Source of the DNA: Patescibacteria group bacterium
GTDB taxonomy: Bacteria; Patescibacteriota; Patescibacteriia; Buchananbacterales; UBA6539
Direction of reading: 5' to 3'
Assembly: GCA_034003985.1 (NCBI GenBank)
Contig: JAVEXP010000001.1
Location: 1,574-65,573, forward strand
Length of the DNA: 64,000 bases
Shown: piece after piece, positions 37,073 through 48,633 of the stretch
Layout: every line of letters begins with the position of its first letter
How positions within the stretch are numbered: position 1 is the first letter of the stretch
Program-made: the position numbers and the translations under genes
Notes under the pieces: generated by a model
The model's database searches: none
Seen by the model: the letters and a program-made list of their open reading frames with translations, nothing else
Told to the model about the DNA's origin: nothing

Positions 37073-37537
37073 ATGAAAAAGAAAGGTTTTACTCTTATTG
37101 AACTGTTGGTGGTTATCGCCATCATCGGTTTACTTTCAACCTTGGCGGTCGTGGCGTTGAATTCGGCCAGGCTAAAAGCCCGAGATGCCAAACGGGTTTC
37201 AGATATTAAGCAGATTCAAACAGCGTTGGAACTTTATTACAGCGATGAAAACAGCTATCCGACTGCTGGCGGCGGCAGCTATATTTTGGGAGATGATGTG
37301 ACTTGTTTGGGATCAGGCGGCTTTGGCACGGCTTGCGATGCGCCGGTTTATATGGGCTTAATTCCATCAGACCCAACCGCGGCCAGAACCTATGTTTATG
37401 AATCACAAGCGGAGCTTGGAGGCATCTGTTCACCACCGTCACCTTGTCCGACCTATAGCATAACTTTTGAATTAGAAGGTACCACCGGCGGTCTTGATGC
37501 TGGAACTCATGTTGCCAGTCAGGACGGAATTCAATAA
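37073..37537 (+). CDS. type IV pilin, copy B (paralogue of 30403..30843)
   Basis: MKKKGFTLIELLVVIAIIGLLSTLAVVALNSARLKARD... The N-terminal 55 aa and the C-terminal ITFELEGTTGGLDAGTHVAS are nearly identical to copy A. The central region is divergent with 4 Cys. Start trimmed to the ATG after the GGAGGTGG RBS. Confidence 0.85.
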   Translation: MKKKGFTLIELLVVIAIIGLLSTLAVVALNSARLKARDAKRVSDIKQIQTALELYYSDENSYPTAGGGSYILGDDVTCLGSGGFGTACDAPVYMGLIPSDPTAARTYVYESQAELGGICSPPSPCPTYSITFELEGTTGGLDAGTHVASQDGIQ

Positions 37538-37554
37538 TCTTAATTGCAGCTTAA

Positions 37555-37600
37555 AAAGCAAAAACCTTGCCATAAATTGGCAAGGTTTTTGCTTTCTTTT
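37555..37600 (+). terminator. rho-independent terminator after pilin B
   Basis: Perfect hairpin GCAAAAACCTTGCCA-taaat-TGGCAAGGTTTTTGC followed by a T-run. Confidence 0.65.
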
Positions 37601-37672
37601 TGGTTTGCCTTATTTGGTTGATCAGGGTAAAATTACAATATAATCATTAATTTCTGGCAACTATCGGGATTT

Positions 37673-38419
37673 ATGGTCGGAGTATTAATTTTCATTTTAG
37701 GAATTGCTTTGGGAAGTTTTTTTAATGTCGTGGTTTATCGTTTGGCCAATGACAAGTCTTTTTTGAACGGCCGATCTTTTTGTCCTGACTGCCGCCAGCA
37801 AATTGCCTGGTATGACAATATACCACTGCTTAGTTTTATGATATTGCGCGGAAGGTGCCGACATTGTCGGCAGCAGATATCGTGGCAGTATCCGGCAGTG
37901 GAATTGGCCACGGGATTAATTTTTATCTGGCTGTATTACTCCTCGGGGTTGAATATCAAATTATTTGCTCATCTGGTGTTTGCCAGTTTTTTGATATTGA
38001 TATTTGTTTATGATTTAAAATATTATCAGATTTTGGATCGGATCAGCCTGCCGGCAATTTGCCTGGCGTTGATTTTTAATTTATATTTGGGCTTTGATTT
38101 TTCCAATTTATTGTTGGGGGCCCTGATTGGCAGCGGGTTTTTTGCCGTTCAATTTTTCGGATCCAAAGGCAAATGGGTGGGCGATGGCGACATCAGATTG
38201 GGAGCTTTGATGGGCTTGATTTTAGGATGGCAAATTTTGTTAGTGGCTTTATTTATCGCTTATTTGGTTGGGGCGGCGGTCGGATTATTTTTAATCGTTA
38301 CCGATAAAAAGAAAATGTCTTCGGCCTTGCCGTTTGGCCCGTTTCTATCTGGTGCAACTTTGGTGGCAATGATTTATGGCAAACAATTATTGTCGTGGTA
38401 TCTTAATTTAATTTATTGA
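37673..38419 (+). CDS. pilD: prepilin peptidase (A24 family)
   Basis: 248 aa. Tetracysteine CPDCRQQ...CRHCRQQ, catalytic Asp regions, GDGDIRLGALMGLILG. Confidence 0.9.
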   Translation: MVGVLIFILGIALGSFFNVVVYRLANDKSFLNGRSFCPDCRQQIAWYDNIPLLSFMILRGRCRHCRQQISWQYPAVELATGLIFIWLYYSSGLNIKLFAHLVFASFLILIFVYDLKYYQILDRISLPAICLALIFNLYLGFDFSNLLLGALIGSGFFAVQFFGSKGKWVGDGDIRLGALMGLILGWQILLVALFIAYLVGAAVGLFLIVTDKKKMSSALPFGPFLSGATLVAMIYGKQLLSWYLNLIY

Positions 38420-39030
38420 TGAGTGTTTTATCAAAAAAAACAGAGTTAGGATTTACCTTGATAGATTTATTGGCCTCAACGGTTATTTTGATTATTATGT
38501 TTTCTTTTGTGTTGGCGAATTTTCGGGTGGCCGGTTCAAGCGGTCAGCTGGAAATCGCTTTGAAAGAAGTTTTGGCCAGCATTAATGGTGTTAAAGGCTC
38601 AACTTTGGGCGGCCGGGTAATGGCTGATGGTGATTTTCCCGAGGGCGGCTATGCCGTTCATTTGGAGAAAGGCACCTCAGACAGCAATAAGGTTTTTAGC
38701 TATGCGGTTTTAGACCCAGAAAATAACGGCTTGGCCGAAGGCCAAGTGCTGACCGGCGGGCAAGTAGTATTGACTAATGTTCAAGTCGCTGAACTTTGCG
38801 GTTTGGCACAGTCAACCGTTACCAATTTGCCGTGCCAGGGACTGGAATGGCAGGATGCCGGCAATTATTTGGAAATAATATTTGTTAGCCCGGAGCTGAT
38901 TGCCGTCAACCATCAGTTGGGCAGTGGTTTTAGGACCGTTGGCGGAGTGCTGGAGCATCAAAAAACCGGCCAAAGGGTTTATTTTTATGTTTCCTTGGAT
39001 TCAGGCTTGATTGTCGGTGATAATCTATGA
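38416..39030 (+). CDS. minor pilin / pseudopilin-like protein
   Basis: ELGFTLIDLLASTVILIIM prepilin-type N-terminus. Overlaps pilD by 4 nt. Confidence 0.7.
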   Translation: MMSVLSKKTELGFTLIDLLASTVILIIMFSFVLANFRVAGSSGQLEIALKEVLASINGVKGSTLGGRVMADGDFPEGGYAVHLEKGTSDSNKVFSYAVLDPENNGLAEGQVLTGGQVVLTNVQVAELCGLAQSTVTNLPCQGLEWQDAGNYLEIIFVSPELIAVNHQLGSGFRTVGGVLEHQKTGQRVYFYVSLDSGLIVGDNL

Positions 39031-39587
39031 TTGTAGCAAAATCAAAAATCGGTCAAAGTTTGTTGGAGGTGGTTTTTTCGATTGCCATTTTATTGATGGT
39101 GGTAATGGCGGTTTTGGCTTTAACAATCGGTAATATCAGCGGCCAAAAAGAAAGTGAGTCCCAGGTGATCGCCAATAATTTGGCGCGAGAGGCAATTGAG
39201 GTGATTCGTAACATTCGTGACAGCAATTGGCTGGCCGGCCGCAACTGGGACGAAGGTTTGGCCGCCGGCAGTCAAGCAATTGTCGCTTTTGATCGCCAGG
39301 CCAATACTTGGTCTTTGCAGTTTGACACGAGTAATTGGGATTTATATATTTCTCCCCAAGGCAGTTATAGCCATGAGGTGCTGGCTGATAGTCAGCTAAC
39401 CAGTTTTAGGCGGGTGGTTTATTTTTCTGATATTTGTTTGTCGGCTGGTGGTCAAGAGGAAATCAGGGATGATTGCGGCGGGGGGCAGACCAAAATCGGC
39501 GCCAAACTGACCGCGGAGGTTAGTTGGAACGACCGGGGTAAGAATCGCCGGATTAAGATTGAAGATTTGTTGTATGCTTGGAAATAG
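39027..39587 (+). CDS. minor pilin-like protein
   Basis: GQSLLEVVFSIAILLMVVMAV prepilin-like N-terminus. 4-nt overlap with the upstream gene. Confidence 0.65.
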   Translation: MIVAKSKIGQSLLEVVFSIAILLMVVMAVLALTIGNISGQKESESQVIANNLAREAIEVIRNIRDSNWLAGRNWDEGLAAGSQAIVAFDRQANTWSLQFDTSNWDLYISPQGSYSHEVLADSQLTSFRRVVYFSDICLSAGGQEEIRDDCGGGQTKIGAKLTAEVSWNDRGKNRRIKIEDLLYAWK

Positions 39588-40326
39588 TAAAAATAAAATT
39601 TTTTCAGCCAAGACCAAACCAGCGGGATTCACGCTGATGGAGATTTTGGTGGTGATGGCGATTTTTTCGATTCTGGGCGTGGTGATTATTAATGTTTTTA
39701 TTTTAGCCCTCAATTCCCAGCGCCAGGTGTCTTTAAAACAAAAATCTTTAAACAGCGTCCGGTCGGTGTTAGAAGCTATTACTCGCCAGGCCAGAACCGG
39801 AGAATTTGTTTATCAGTTGGATTACAACCTTGATGATCCGGATGAGCCGGGCATTTTTGGATGGGAAAGCGAGGTTCACTTTATTGACTCTCAAGGCCGA
39901 GCTCTGGGGTTTTATTTGGATCAAGACACTAAAGAAGTTATGATGAACATTGACGGCGAAGAATCAAGATTGTCCGACCGCCGCGAGGTTCTAGTCAAAT
40001 CGTTATTGTTTTATATCAGCCCGGTTACCGATCCCTTTGTTCAAGAGAGATGCAATGATGCTGTTAATCAGGAAAATTGTCTGTTGCCTAATGCCTGTAC
40101 GGTTGATGATGAGGCGTCCGGCAGCCGAGTTGGATTTTGCGGTTGTACCGATGACGCGGATTGCTCAAATCGACATTGTGATTTAACCGAAAGAATTTGT
40201 TTGCCGTTTGATCAACAGCCGTTGTTGACGATTGTAATCGGATTTGAATCGAGTGCTTTGAAGCTGGAAGATCGCAAGGAAATTTTTGTCCAAACCTCAG
40301 TTTCTAACAGGGTATACAAACGCTAG
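39574..40326 (+). CDS. minor pilin-like protein with Cys-rich C-terminal module
   Basis: AGFTLMEILVVMAIFSILGVVI prepilin N-terminus. The C-terminal 60 aa hold 10 Cys (CNDAVNQENC..CTVDD..CGCTDDADCSNRHCDL..IC). ATG start chosen over the upstream TTG in the ORF track. Confidence 0.65.
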   Translation: MLGNSKNKIFSAKTKPAGFTLMEILVVMAIFSILGVVIINVFILALNSQRQVSLKQKSLNSVRSVLEAITRQARTGEFVYQLDYNLDDPDEPGIFGWESEVHFIDSQGRALGFYLDQDTKEVMMNIDGEESRLSDRREVLVKSLLFYISPVTDPFVQERCNDAVNQENCLLPNACTVDDEASGSRVGFCGCTDDADCSNRHCDLTERICLPFDQQPLLTIVIGFESSALKLEDRKEIFVQTSVSNRVYKR

Positions 40327-40328
40327 CT

Positions 40329-43288
<2,960 letters not shown>

Positions 43289-43307
43289 ATTTTTTTGAAA
43301 TAAAAAA

Positions 43308-43336
43308 AGAAAGCGGGCCGGGGCAGGTCCGCCTTT
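43308..43336. terminator. bidirectional hairpin terminator between convergent ligA and glgC
   Basis: GCGGGCC-ggggca-GGTCCGC stem flanked by an A-run upstream and CTTTT downstream. Confidence 0.4.
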
Positions 43337-43367
43337 TGATTAGGAACGATCGCCGCTTGGCTGGCGC

Positions 43368-44642
43368 TTAGCCGAAATTCGGCTTGTCACCAATAACCGC
43401 GCCGCGTCGGACGACTAAGATGCCGTCTTTTAGAACGAGCTGTTCGGGCCAGGTCTCGACATCTTTCTGAGGGTTTTGTCCCAGGATAATTCCGGGGCCG
43501 ATTTGAACTTCTTTGTCGGCAAACACCCGATGCAGTCGAGTATTGGCGCCAATCATGGTTTTGTCTAAAACGACGCACTCATGGAGATTGGCATCACATC
43601 CGACCCGTACCCTGGTTGACAGTACCGAGGATTCAACCCGGCCGGCGACAATGCTGCCGTCGCTGACAATGGCGTCGCGCAAAGAGCAGCCGTTGATGAA
43701 TTTCGGCGAGGGCAGATGGCGCGACCGGTGAAACACCTGGTGGGTTGGATCATACAGGTTCAGCTTGGGCGCTGGGCCGATGATGTCCATGTTGGCCTGC
43801 CACAGACTGCCGATGGTTCCGACATCACGCCAATAACCTTCATGTCTGAACACTTCCAGTTTGAGGTTGGTGGCTTGGTCGCTGAGAACCAAGGGAATGA
43901 CATCGTGACCGAAATCATTTCCGTCGGTGTCGGTCAGCAGCTTTTGAAGCACCTTTGTTTTGAAGACATAGATGCCCAAACTGGCCAAAGCCTGATCAGT
44001 TCCGGGGATCAGGGGAACGGGGATGTTTTGCCGGGTGGGTTTTTCAATAAACTCCTCAACAGCACCCTTGCTGTTGACGGCAAATACCCCGAGATCGCCA
44101 GCCTCGACAGCCGGTACGGCCTGAACCATAACGGTCACATCCGCTTTGGTTGTGAGGTGGTGGTCGACGAAGTCGTCGTACTTCATCAGGTAGAGGTGGT
44201 CACCGGCCAGAACCAGAGTTGATTCGTGCCCGTCGTCCAGCAGGTAATTGCTCATGCGAACCGCATCGGCAGTACCAGCAAAGTATTCGTGGCCGTGGAT
44301 CATCGGGGCGACTTGAACCCGGATGCGGCGCCCAACTTCATGACTCAGGTAGGTCTCCTGAATGTGACCACTCAGCTTGTTGGGATGAGCCTGGGCCAGA
44401 ATTTGGATGTCGGCAATGCCCCTGGAATGGAGGCAGTTGCTCACTGCAAAGTCGATCAACCGCCGTTTTTCCAGCGGCACATTGGGCTTGGGCCGATCGA
44501 GCTTGGGGTCAAGCCCGGTCAAAGGTTCCAGTCTGGAACCGATTCCCCCGCCCAGTAATATTGCGCGAATGTCATGGACCATATCTGTCAATTCTCCTGT
44601 CTGGTTGGTCTCGTTTTTGTATGGTGATTGGTTTTCCGCCAA
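43368..44642 (-). CDS. glgC: glucose-1-phosphate adenylyltransferase
   Basis: 424 aa. ILLGGGIGSRLEPLTG..KP, LIDFAVSNCLHSRGI, GTADAV and YWRDVGTIGSLWQANMD match GlgC, with a left-handed beta-helix C-terminal domain. Markedly higher GC than surrounding genes. The many overlapping ORFs on both strands here are high-GC artefacts. Confidence 0.85.
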   Translation of the reverse strand: MAENQSPYKNETNQTGELTDMVHDIRAILLGGGIGSRLEPLTGLDPKLDRPKPNVPLEKRRLIDFAVSNCLHSRGIADIQILAQAHPNKLSGHIQETYLSHEVGRRIRVQVAPMIHGHEYFAGTADAVRMSNYLLDDGHESTLVLAGDHLYLMKYDDFVDHHLTTKADVTVMVQAVPAVEAGDLGVFAVNSKGAVEEFIEKPTRQNIPVPLIPGTDQALASLGIYVFKTKVLQKLLTDTDGNDFGHDVIPLVLSDQATNLKLEVFRHEGYWRDVGTIGSLWQANMDIIGPAPKLNLYDPTHQVFHRSRHLPSPKFINGCSLRDAIVSDGSIVAGRVESSVLSTRVRVGCDANLHECVVLDKTMIGANTRLHRVFADKEVQIGPGIILGQNPQKDVETWPEQLVLKDGILVVRRGAVIGDKPNFG

Positions 44643-45077
44643 ATATAAAAAACGCTTTACGGCGCAAGTAATGATTCTAGTTTATCTTCAGTTTTTTGTC
44701 AAGGATTTTTAAAAAATTGGTTATAAAAAGAGGCACATCCTTCTTAGCTTTGGGTCATGTTCTGATGGGTAAGTCAGGGCATCAAACGAAGAAGAAGGAT
44801 GTGCCAATCGGGCAAGGCCGAACCCCCATTGCAGGGATTGGAGCCCGGGGAGGGCAAAGGGCAGACTGAGAGAGCATTGCCCCTGGGCAAGGGGGAGGGC
44901 GGAAGGTGTTTCTTGCCCAGGGGATGCTCAGGAAGGCGGAGGGTTAGGCCGCCAAAGTTGGCCGACGCGATCCTCCCTGAGAGGCAGGGGTGATTTTGGG
45001 TGATTGTTGAAACCTAGAATCGCGTCGGGAAAAAAACTACTCAAGAATATCTTACAAATTACCATGCCAATTTAGGC

Positions 45078-45106
45078 TTGTCAAAGCGGCTGATTAGCTA
45101 TATACT
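45078..45106 (+). promoter_or_regulatory. sigma-70-like promoter for gatCA (TTGTCA-17-TATACT)
   Basis: Consensus-like hexamers with 17-nt spacing, 19 nt upstream of gatC. Confidence 0.4.
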
Positions 45107-45124
45107 GTAGAGGTAGTTTTTATT

Positions 45125-45418
45125 ATGGCTTTAACCAGGGATGAAGTAAAACATATCGCCCATTTGGCCAGATTGCGGCTGAATGATGAAGAAGTGGAAA
45201 GGTATACAACCCAACTTTCCGCTATTTTAGAATATGTTGAACAGCTTCAGGCCGTTGATACCACCGGTGTTGAACCAACCGCCCAGGTTACCGGTTTGGA
45301 AAATGTGACGCGGCTGGATGAAATTAAAAAACTTACTTCCGAAGAGATGAAAGAAATAATTACGGCGGCGCCTGACAGTGAAGACAATTTAGTCAAAACT
45401 AAATCAGTTTTTGAATAA
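45125..45418 (+). CDS. gatC: Asp/Glu-tRNA(Asn/Gln) amidotransferase subunit C
   Basis: 97 aa. ALTRDEVKHIAHLARLRLNDEEVERYTTQLSAILEYVEQL is typical GatC. Confidence 0.9.
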   Translation: MALTRDEVKHIAHLARLRLNDEEVERYTTQLSAILEYVEQLQAVDTTGVEPTAQVTGLENVTRLDEIKKLTSEEMKEIITAAPDSEDNLVKTKSVFE

Positions 45419-46869
45419 TGGAAATTAAAGATCTTACAATCAGGCAGACTAACGAAGCCTTGAAGAAAAAAGAATTTTCTTCACTCGAATTGGCCAAGGC
45501 TTATTTGGCTCGGATTGAAAAACTTAACGAAAAGTTGAATGTTTTTATTACGGTAACTCCGGAAGTGGCTTTGGCAAATGCCCAGGCCGCTGACGAGCAA
45601 GGTGATTTTAGCAATCCTTTAGCCGGAATTCCCACGGCTCATAAAGATGTTTTTTGTACTAAAGGCATAAGGTCTACTGGTGCTTCCAAAATTTTGAGTA
45701 ATTATATCCCGCCTTACGAATCAACGGCGACTGAAAAATTAAAGCAGGCCGGTGCCGTAACAGTTGGCAAGGTTAATTGTGATGAATTTGCGATGGGCGG
45801 CAGCGGCGAAAATTCCGGTTATGGATTTGCCCGCAACCCCTGGGATTTGGAACGAGTGCCGGGCGGCAGTTGCAGCGGTTCGGCCGCTGGTGTGGCCGCG
45901 TCAATGTGCTTGTATTCTTTGGGAACGGATACCGGCGGTTCAATTAGGCAACCAGCCGGATTCTGCGGGGTGACTGGATTGAAAGTGACTTATGGTCGAG
46001 TTTCGCGTTCAGGTGTGATGGCCATGGCTTCTTCACTTGATACGATTGGACCAATTACCAAAAATGTTGAGGATGCGGCAATTGTTTTAAAACAAATTGC
46101 CGGTCATGACCCAAAAGATTCAACCACGCCTGAGATTAAAGTGGATGATTATCCGACTGAAATTTTAGCCGACATTAAGGGGCTTAAATTGGGTTTGCCT
46201 AAGCAGTATTTTATTGACGGTATGGACGGCGATGTCAAAGATGTCATTATGGCAGCGGTTAAAAAATTGGAAAGCATGGGCGCCAAAATTGTTGACATTG
46301 ATTTGCCACATACTGCCCAAGCCGTCGCCATTTATTATATTGTCGTGCCCAGTGAAGTCAGCTCCAATATGGCCAGGTATGATGGCATCAGATACGGCGC
46401 GTCGGAGCCGGGCGATAATTTATTGGATATTTATTTGAATACCCGCAGCCAGCATTTTGGCGCGGAAGTAAAACGGCGCATTATGTTGGGAACTTACGCG
46501 CTGTCGGCCGGTTACTACGACGCCTATTATAAAAAAGCGATGCAGGCCAGAACCTTGGTGAGAAATGATTTTGACCAGGCTTTCGAGAAGGTCGACGCGA
46601 TTATTACCCCGACTTCGCCCACCCCGGCATTTAAGATTGGCGAAAACACCGCTGATCCCTTAAAAATGTATTTGGCTGATGTTTTTACCATTCCGGCTTC
46701 GTTGGCGGGAATTTGCGGTTTGTCTGTGACCGCCGGTTTTACCAGAGATTTGCCGGTGGGAATGCAAATTTTAGGCAAGCGCTTTGACGAAAAAACTATT
46801 TTGAGAATCGGTCATCAATATCAACAGGCTACCGATTGGCACACTAGAAAGCCCGATGAAATTGACTGA
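45418..46869 (+). CDS. gatA: Asp/Glu-tRNA(Asn/Gln) amidotransferase subunit A (amidase)
   Basis: 483 aa. Amidase signature GGSSGGSAAAVA-like region (GGSCSGSAAGVAA), Ser-cisSer-Lys triad context. Start overlaps the gatC stop. Confidence 0.95.
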   Translation: MEIKDLTIRQTNEALKKKEFSSLELAKAYLARIEKLNEKLNVFITVTPEVALANAQAADEQGDFSNPLAGIPTAHKDVFCTKGIRSTGASKILSNYIPPYESTATEKLKQAGAVTVGKVNCDEFAMGGSGENSGYGFARNPWDLERVPGGSCSGSAAGVAASMCLYSLGTDTGGSIRQPAGFCGVTGLKVTYGRVSRSGVMAMASSLDTIGPITKNVEDAAIVLKQIAGHDPKDSTTPEIKVDDYPTEILADIKGLKLGLPKQYFIDGMDGDVKDVIMAAVKKLESMGAKIVDIDLPHTAQAVAIYYIVVPSEVSSNMARYDGIRYGASEPGDNLLDIYLNTRSQHFGAEVKRRIMLGTYALSAGYYDAYYKKAMQARTLVRNDFDQAFEKVDAIITPTSPTPAFKIGENTADPLKMYLADVFTIPASLAGICGLSVTAGFTRDLPVGMQILGKRFDEKTILRIGHQYQQATDWHTRKPDEID

Positions 46870-46934
46870 GCCCAACAATTTTTGGTAAAATTTAATAACT
46901 ATTAATTCTAAGATAATTAAATAAAATTAAAAAT

Positions 46935-47678
46935 ATGTCGGGAAACAAAGATTTTTTTGACATGTCGTCCAAGCAAAGCCTGGTAATGGGTTTGCTGGCC
47001 GGCATCGCCGTTATAAGCGTAGTTGGATTTTTTGTCCTGCTGGCTAACGGCTCAACAGGGTTAAAGCTTGGAGAAAAAACTACTAATACCAACATAGCGG
47101 CCAACGCCAATGTCAACACCAATGTCGTGCCAACTCCATCGCCGTCAGCGACCGGTGACATTTCCAAAATTTCACCGGTTGGTAGCGATGATTATATCAG
47201 AGGCAATGCCAATGCCAAGGTAACGCTGATTGAATTTTCCGATTTCCAATGTCCTTATTGCCAGCGCCATTATGCCACAATCAATCAGTTGGCGGCGGAT
47301 TATGGTGATAAAATCAGGGTAGTATTCAGACATTTCCCCTTGAGCAGCATTCATCCCAATGCTCAAAAGGCCGCTGAAGCCGCTGAGTGCGCCGGTGAAC
47401 AAGGCAAGTTTTGGGAAATGCACGATCAGTTGTTTGAAGCCGCTTCGCTTGATATTGCCAGTTTGAAAACCATGGCCGGACAGTTGGGCTTAAGCCAGAG
47501 CCAATTTGATAGTTGCTTGGATTCCAGCAAATATGCCAGTAAAGTTGCCAAGCAGGCAGCCGAAGCCCAAGCCGCCGGTATTACCGGTACTCCCGGAACT
47601 TTCGTTAATAGCGAATTGGTCAAGGGAGCCTATCCGGTTGAGACTTTCAAGCAGATTATTGACGGTTTGCTTCAGTAG
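46935..47678 (+). CDS. membrane-anchored DsbA-family thiol:disulfide oxidoreductase
   Basis: N-terminal TM, N/T-rich linker, thioredoxin fold with CPYC active site (FSDFQCPYCQRH). Confidence 0.75.
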   Translation: MSGNKDFFDMSSKQSLVMGLLAGIAVISVVGFFVLLANGSTGLKLGEKTTNTNIAANANVNTNVVPTPSPSATGDISKISPVGSDDYIRGNANAKVTLIEFSDFQCPYCQRHYATINQLAADYGDKIRVVFRHFPLSSIHPNAQKAAEAAECAGEQGKFWEMHDQLFEAASLDIASLKTMAGQLGLSQSQFDSCLDSSKYASKVAKQAAEAQAAGITGTPGTFVNSELVKGAYPVETFKQIIDGLLQ

Positions 47679-47700
47679 ATAAATCTTTTTAAAGATAAAT

Positions 47701-47736
47701 AAAATTGTCCCGACTAGTCGGGACAATTTTATTATT
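47701..47736 (+). terminator. rho-independent terminator after dsbA-like gene
   Basis: Perfect 12-bp stem AAAATTGTCCCG-acta-GTCGGGACAATTTT followed by a T-rich tract. Confidence 0.7.
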
Positions 47737-47753
47737 GAAAGACATTTTCTAAC

Positions 47754-47786
47754 TGGCGGAGACGGTGTTCCGAAGTGTGAACCTTT
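47754..47786 (-). repeat. degenerate copy of a tRNA-Ser 3' end (putative att-site direct repeat bordering the R-M islet)
   Basis: TGGCGGAGAcggtgTTCCGAAgtgtGAACCttt aligns with TGGCGGAGAgggggggaTTCGAAcccccGAACCctt, the 3' end of tRNA-Ser(GGA) at 50182, in the same orientation. Confidence 0.45.
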
Positions 47787-47908
47787 GCTACCTCTATTGA
47801 ACCAAAAATGAGGGAATTACGCAAATTATACAGAAAAAATCCAAAATGGTTTGAGGTTCCAAAGTTTGTGATTAAGGTTTATTGAAAAAAATAACATAGC
47901 TGAAACTC

Positions 47909-48622
47909 TTATATGCTTTTAATGTAATGGGTTATTTTTTCAATAAATACCTCGTAGTCATTTAATATTATTGTATTACCAAAAACGCTATTTATATTGG
48001 TTGATGTTTGTATTGAACAGTCGGGTATTTGGTTTAAATAATATTTTTTATATTTTGTTTTTGTTGTAATTGTGGTGTGGTCACAATTCGGAAATTTTAT
48101 AATAAGCAATAGAGTTTTAGTGGGCGTATGAAAAAATCTACTGGTATTGTCTTTGGATAACGCGATGTATTTATCAATATTATGGGTAGTAAGTTTTTCC
48201 CATTTTGTGATTAAGCCTTTATTATTATAATAAGGCATTTCGTCTGGCAATATTAAAATTTGGAAATAATCCTTATTGTTTGTTCTTATATTCGCCGTTT
48301 CGCCTAACATGTTCTCAAAATAATTATTTGAATTTTGAGAGTAATTATTCATTACAAATTTTACGCCGATACCCGCTAAATCATCTCCATCCTTTGAAAT
48401 TAATATGTCAACCGTTTTTTCCATATATCTTCCGTCAAGTTTTCCCTCTTTGCCGTCTCCCATTCCGAGTGATTTAATTTTATAATTGTCATCCAATTTA
48501 TCTTTTATATCCTTCGCAATCGCACCATGTAATACGATTAGTTTTTTATTACTTCTCGAGTGCGTTTTAAGAAATTTTAAAAATGATTGTTTTACTATTT
48601 GTAGAAATTGTTGATTATTCAT
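47909..48622 (-). CDS. putative Type II restriction endonuclease (cognate of adjacent MTase); family not recognised
   Basis: 237-aa ORF in the AT-rich islet, 11 nt downstream of the MTase on the same strand. Possible PD..(D/E)xK-like segment VDILISKDGDD...GVKF. Assignment is by context only. Confidence 0.4.
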   Translation of the reverse strand: MNNQQFLQIVKQSFLKFLKTHSRSNKKLIVLHGAIAKDIKDKLDDNYKIKSLGMGDGKEGKLDGRYMEKTVDILISKDGDDLAGIGVKFVMNNYSQNSNNYFENMLGETANIRTNNKDYFQILILPDEMPYYNNKGLITKWEKLTTHNIDKYIALSKDNTSRFFHTPTKTLLLIIKFPNCDHTTITTKTKYKKYYLNQIPDCSIQTSTNINSVFGNTIILNDYEVFIEKITHYIKSI

Positions 48623-48633
48623 AATATTTTTGA

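Noticed and set aside
43387-44712. Cluster of 60-170-aa ORFs on both strands across the glgC region
   Set aside because: High-GC sequence yields long stop-free frames. Only the 424-aa minus-strand frame has coherent GlgC motifs. The others are Arg/Gly/Pro-rich nonsense.
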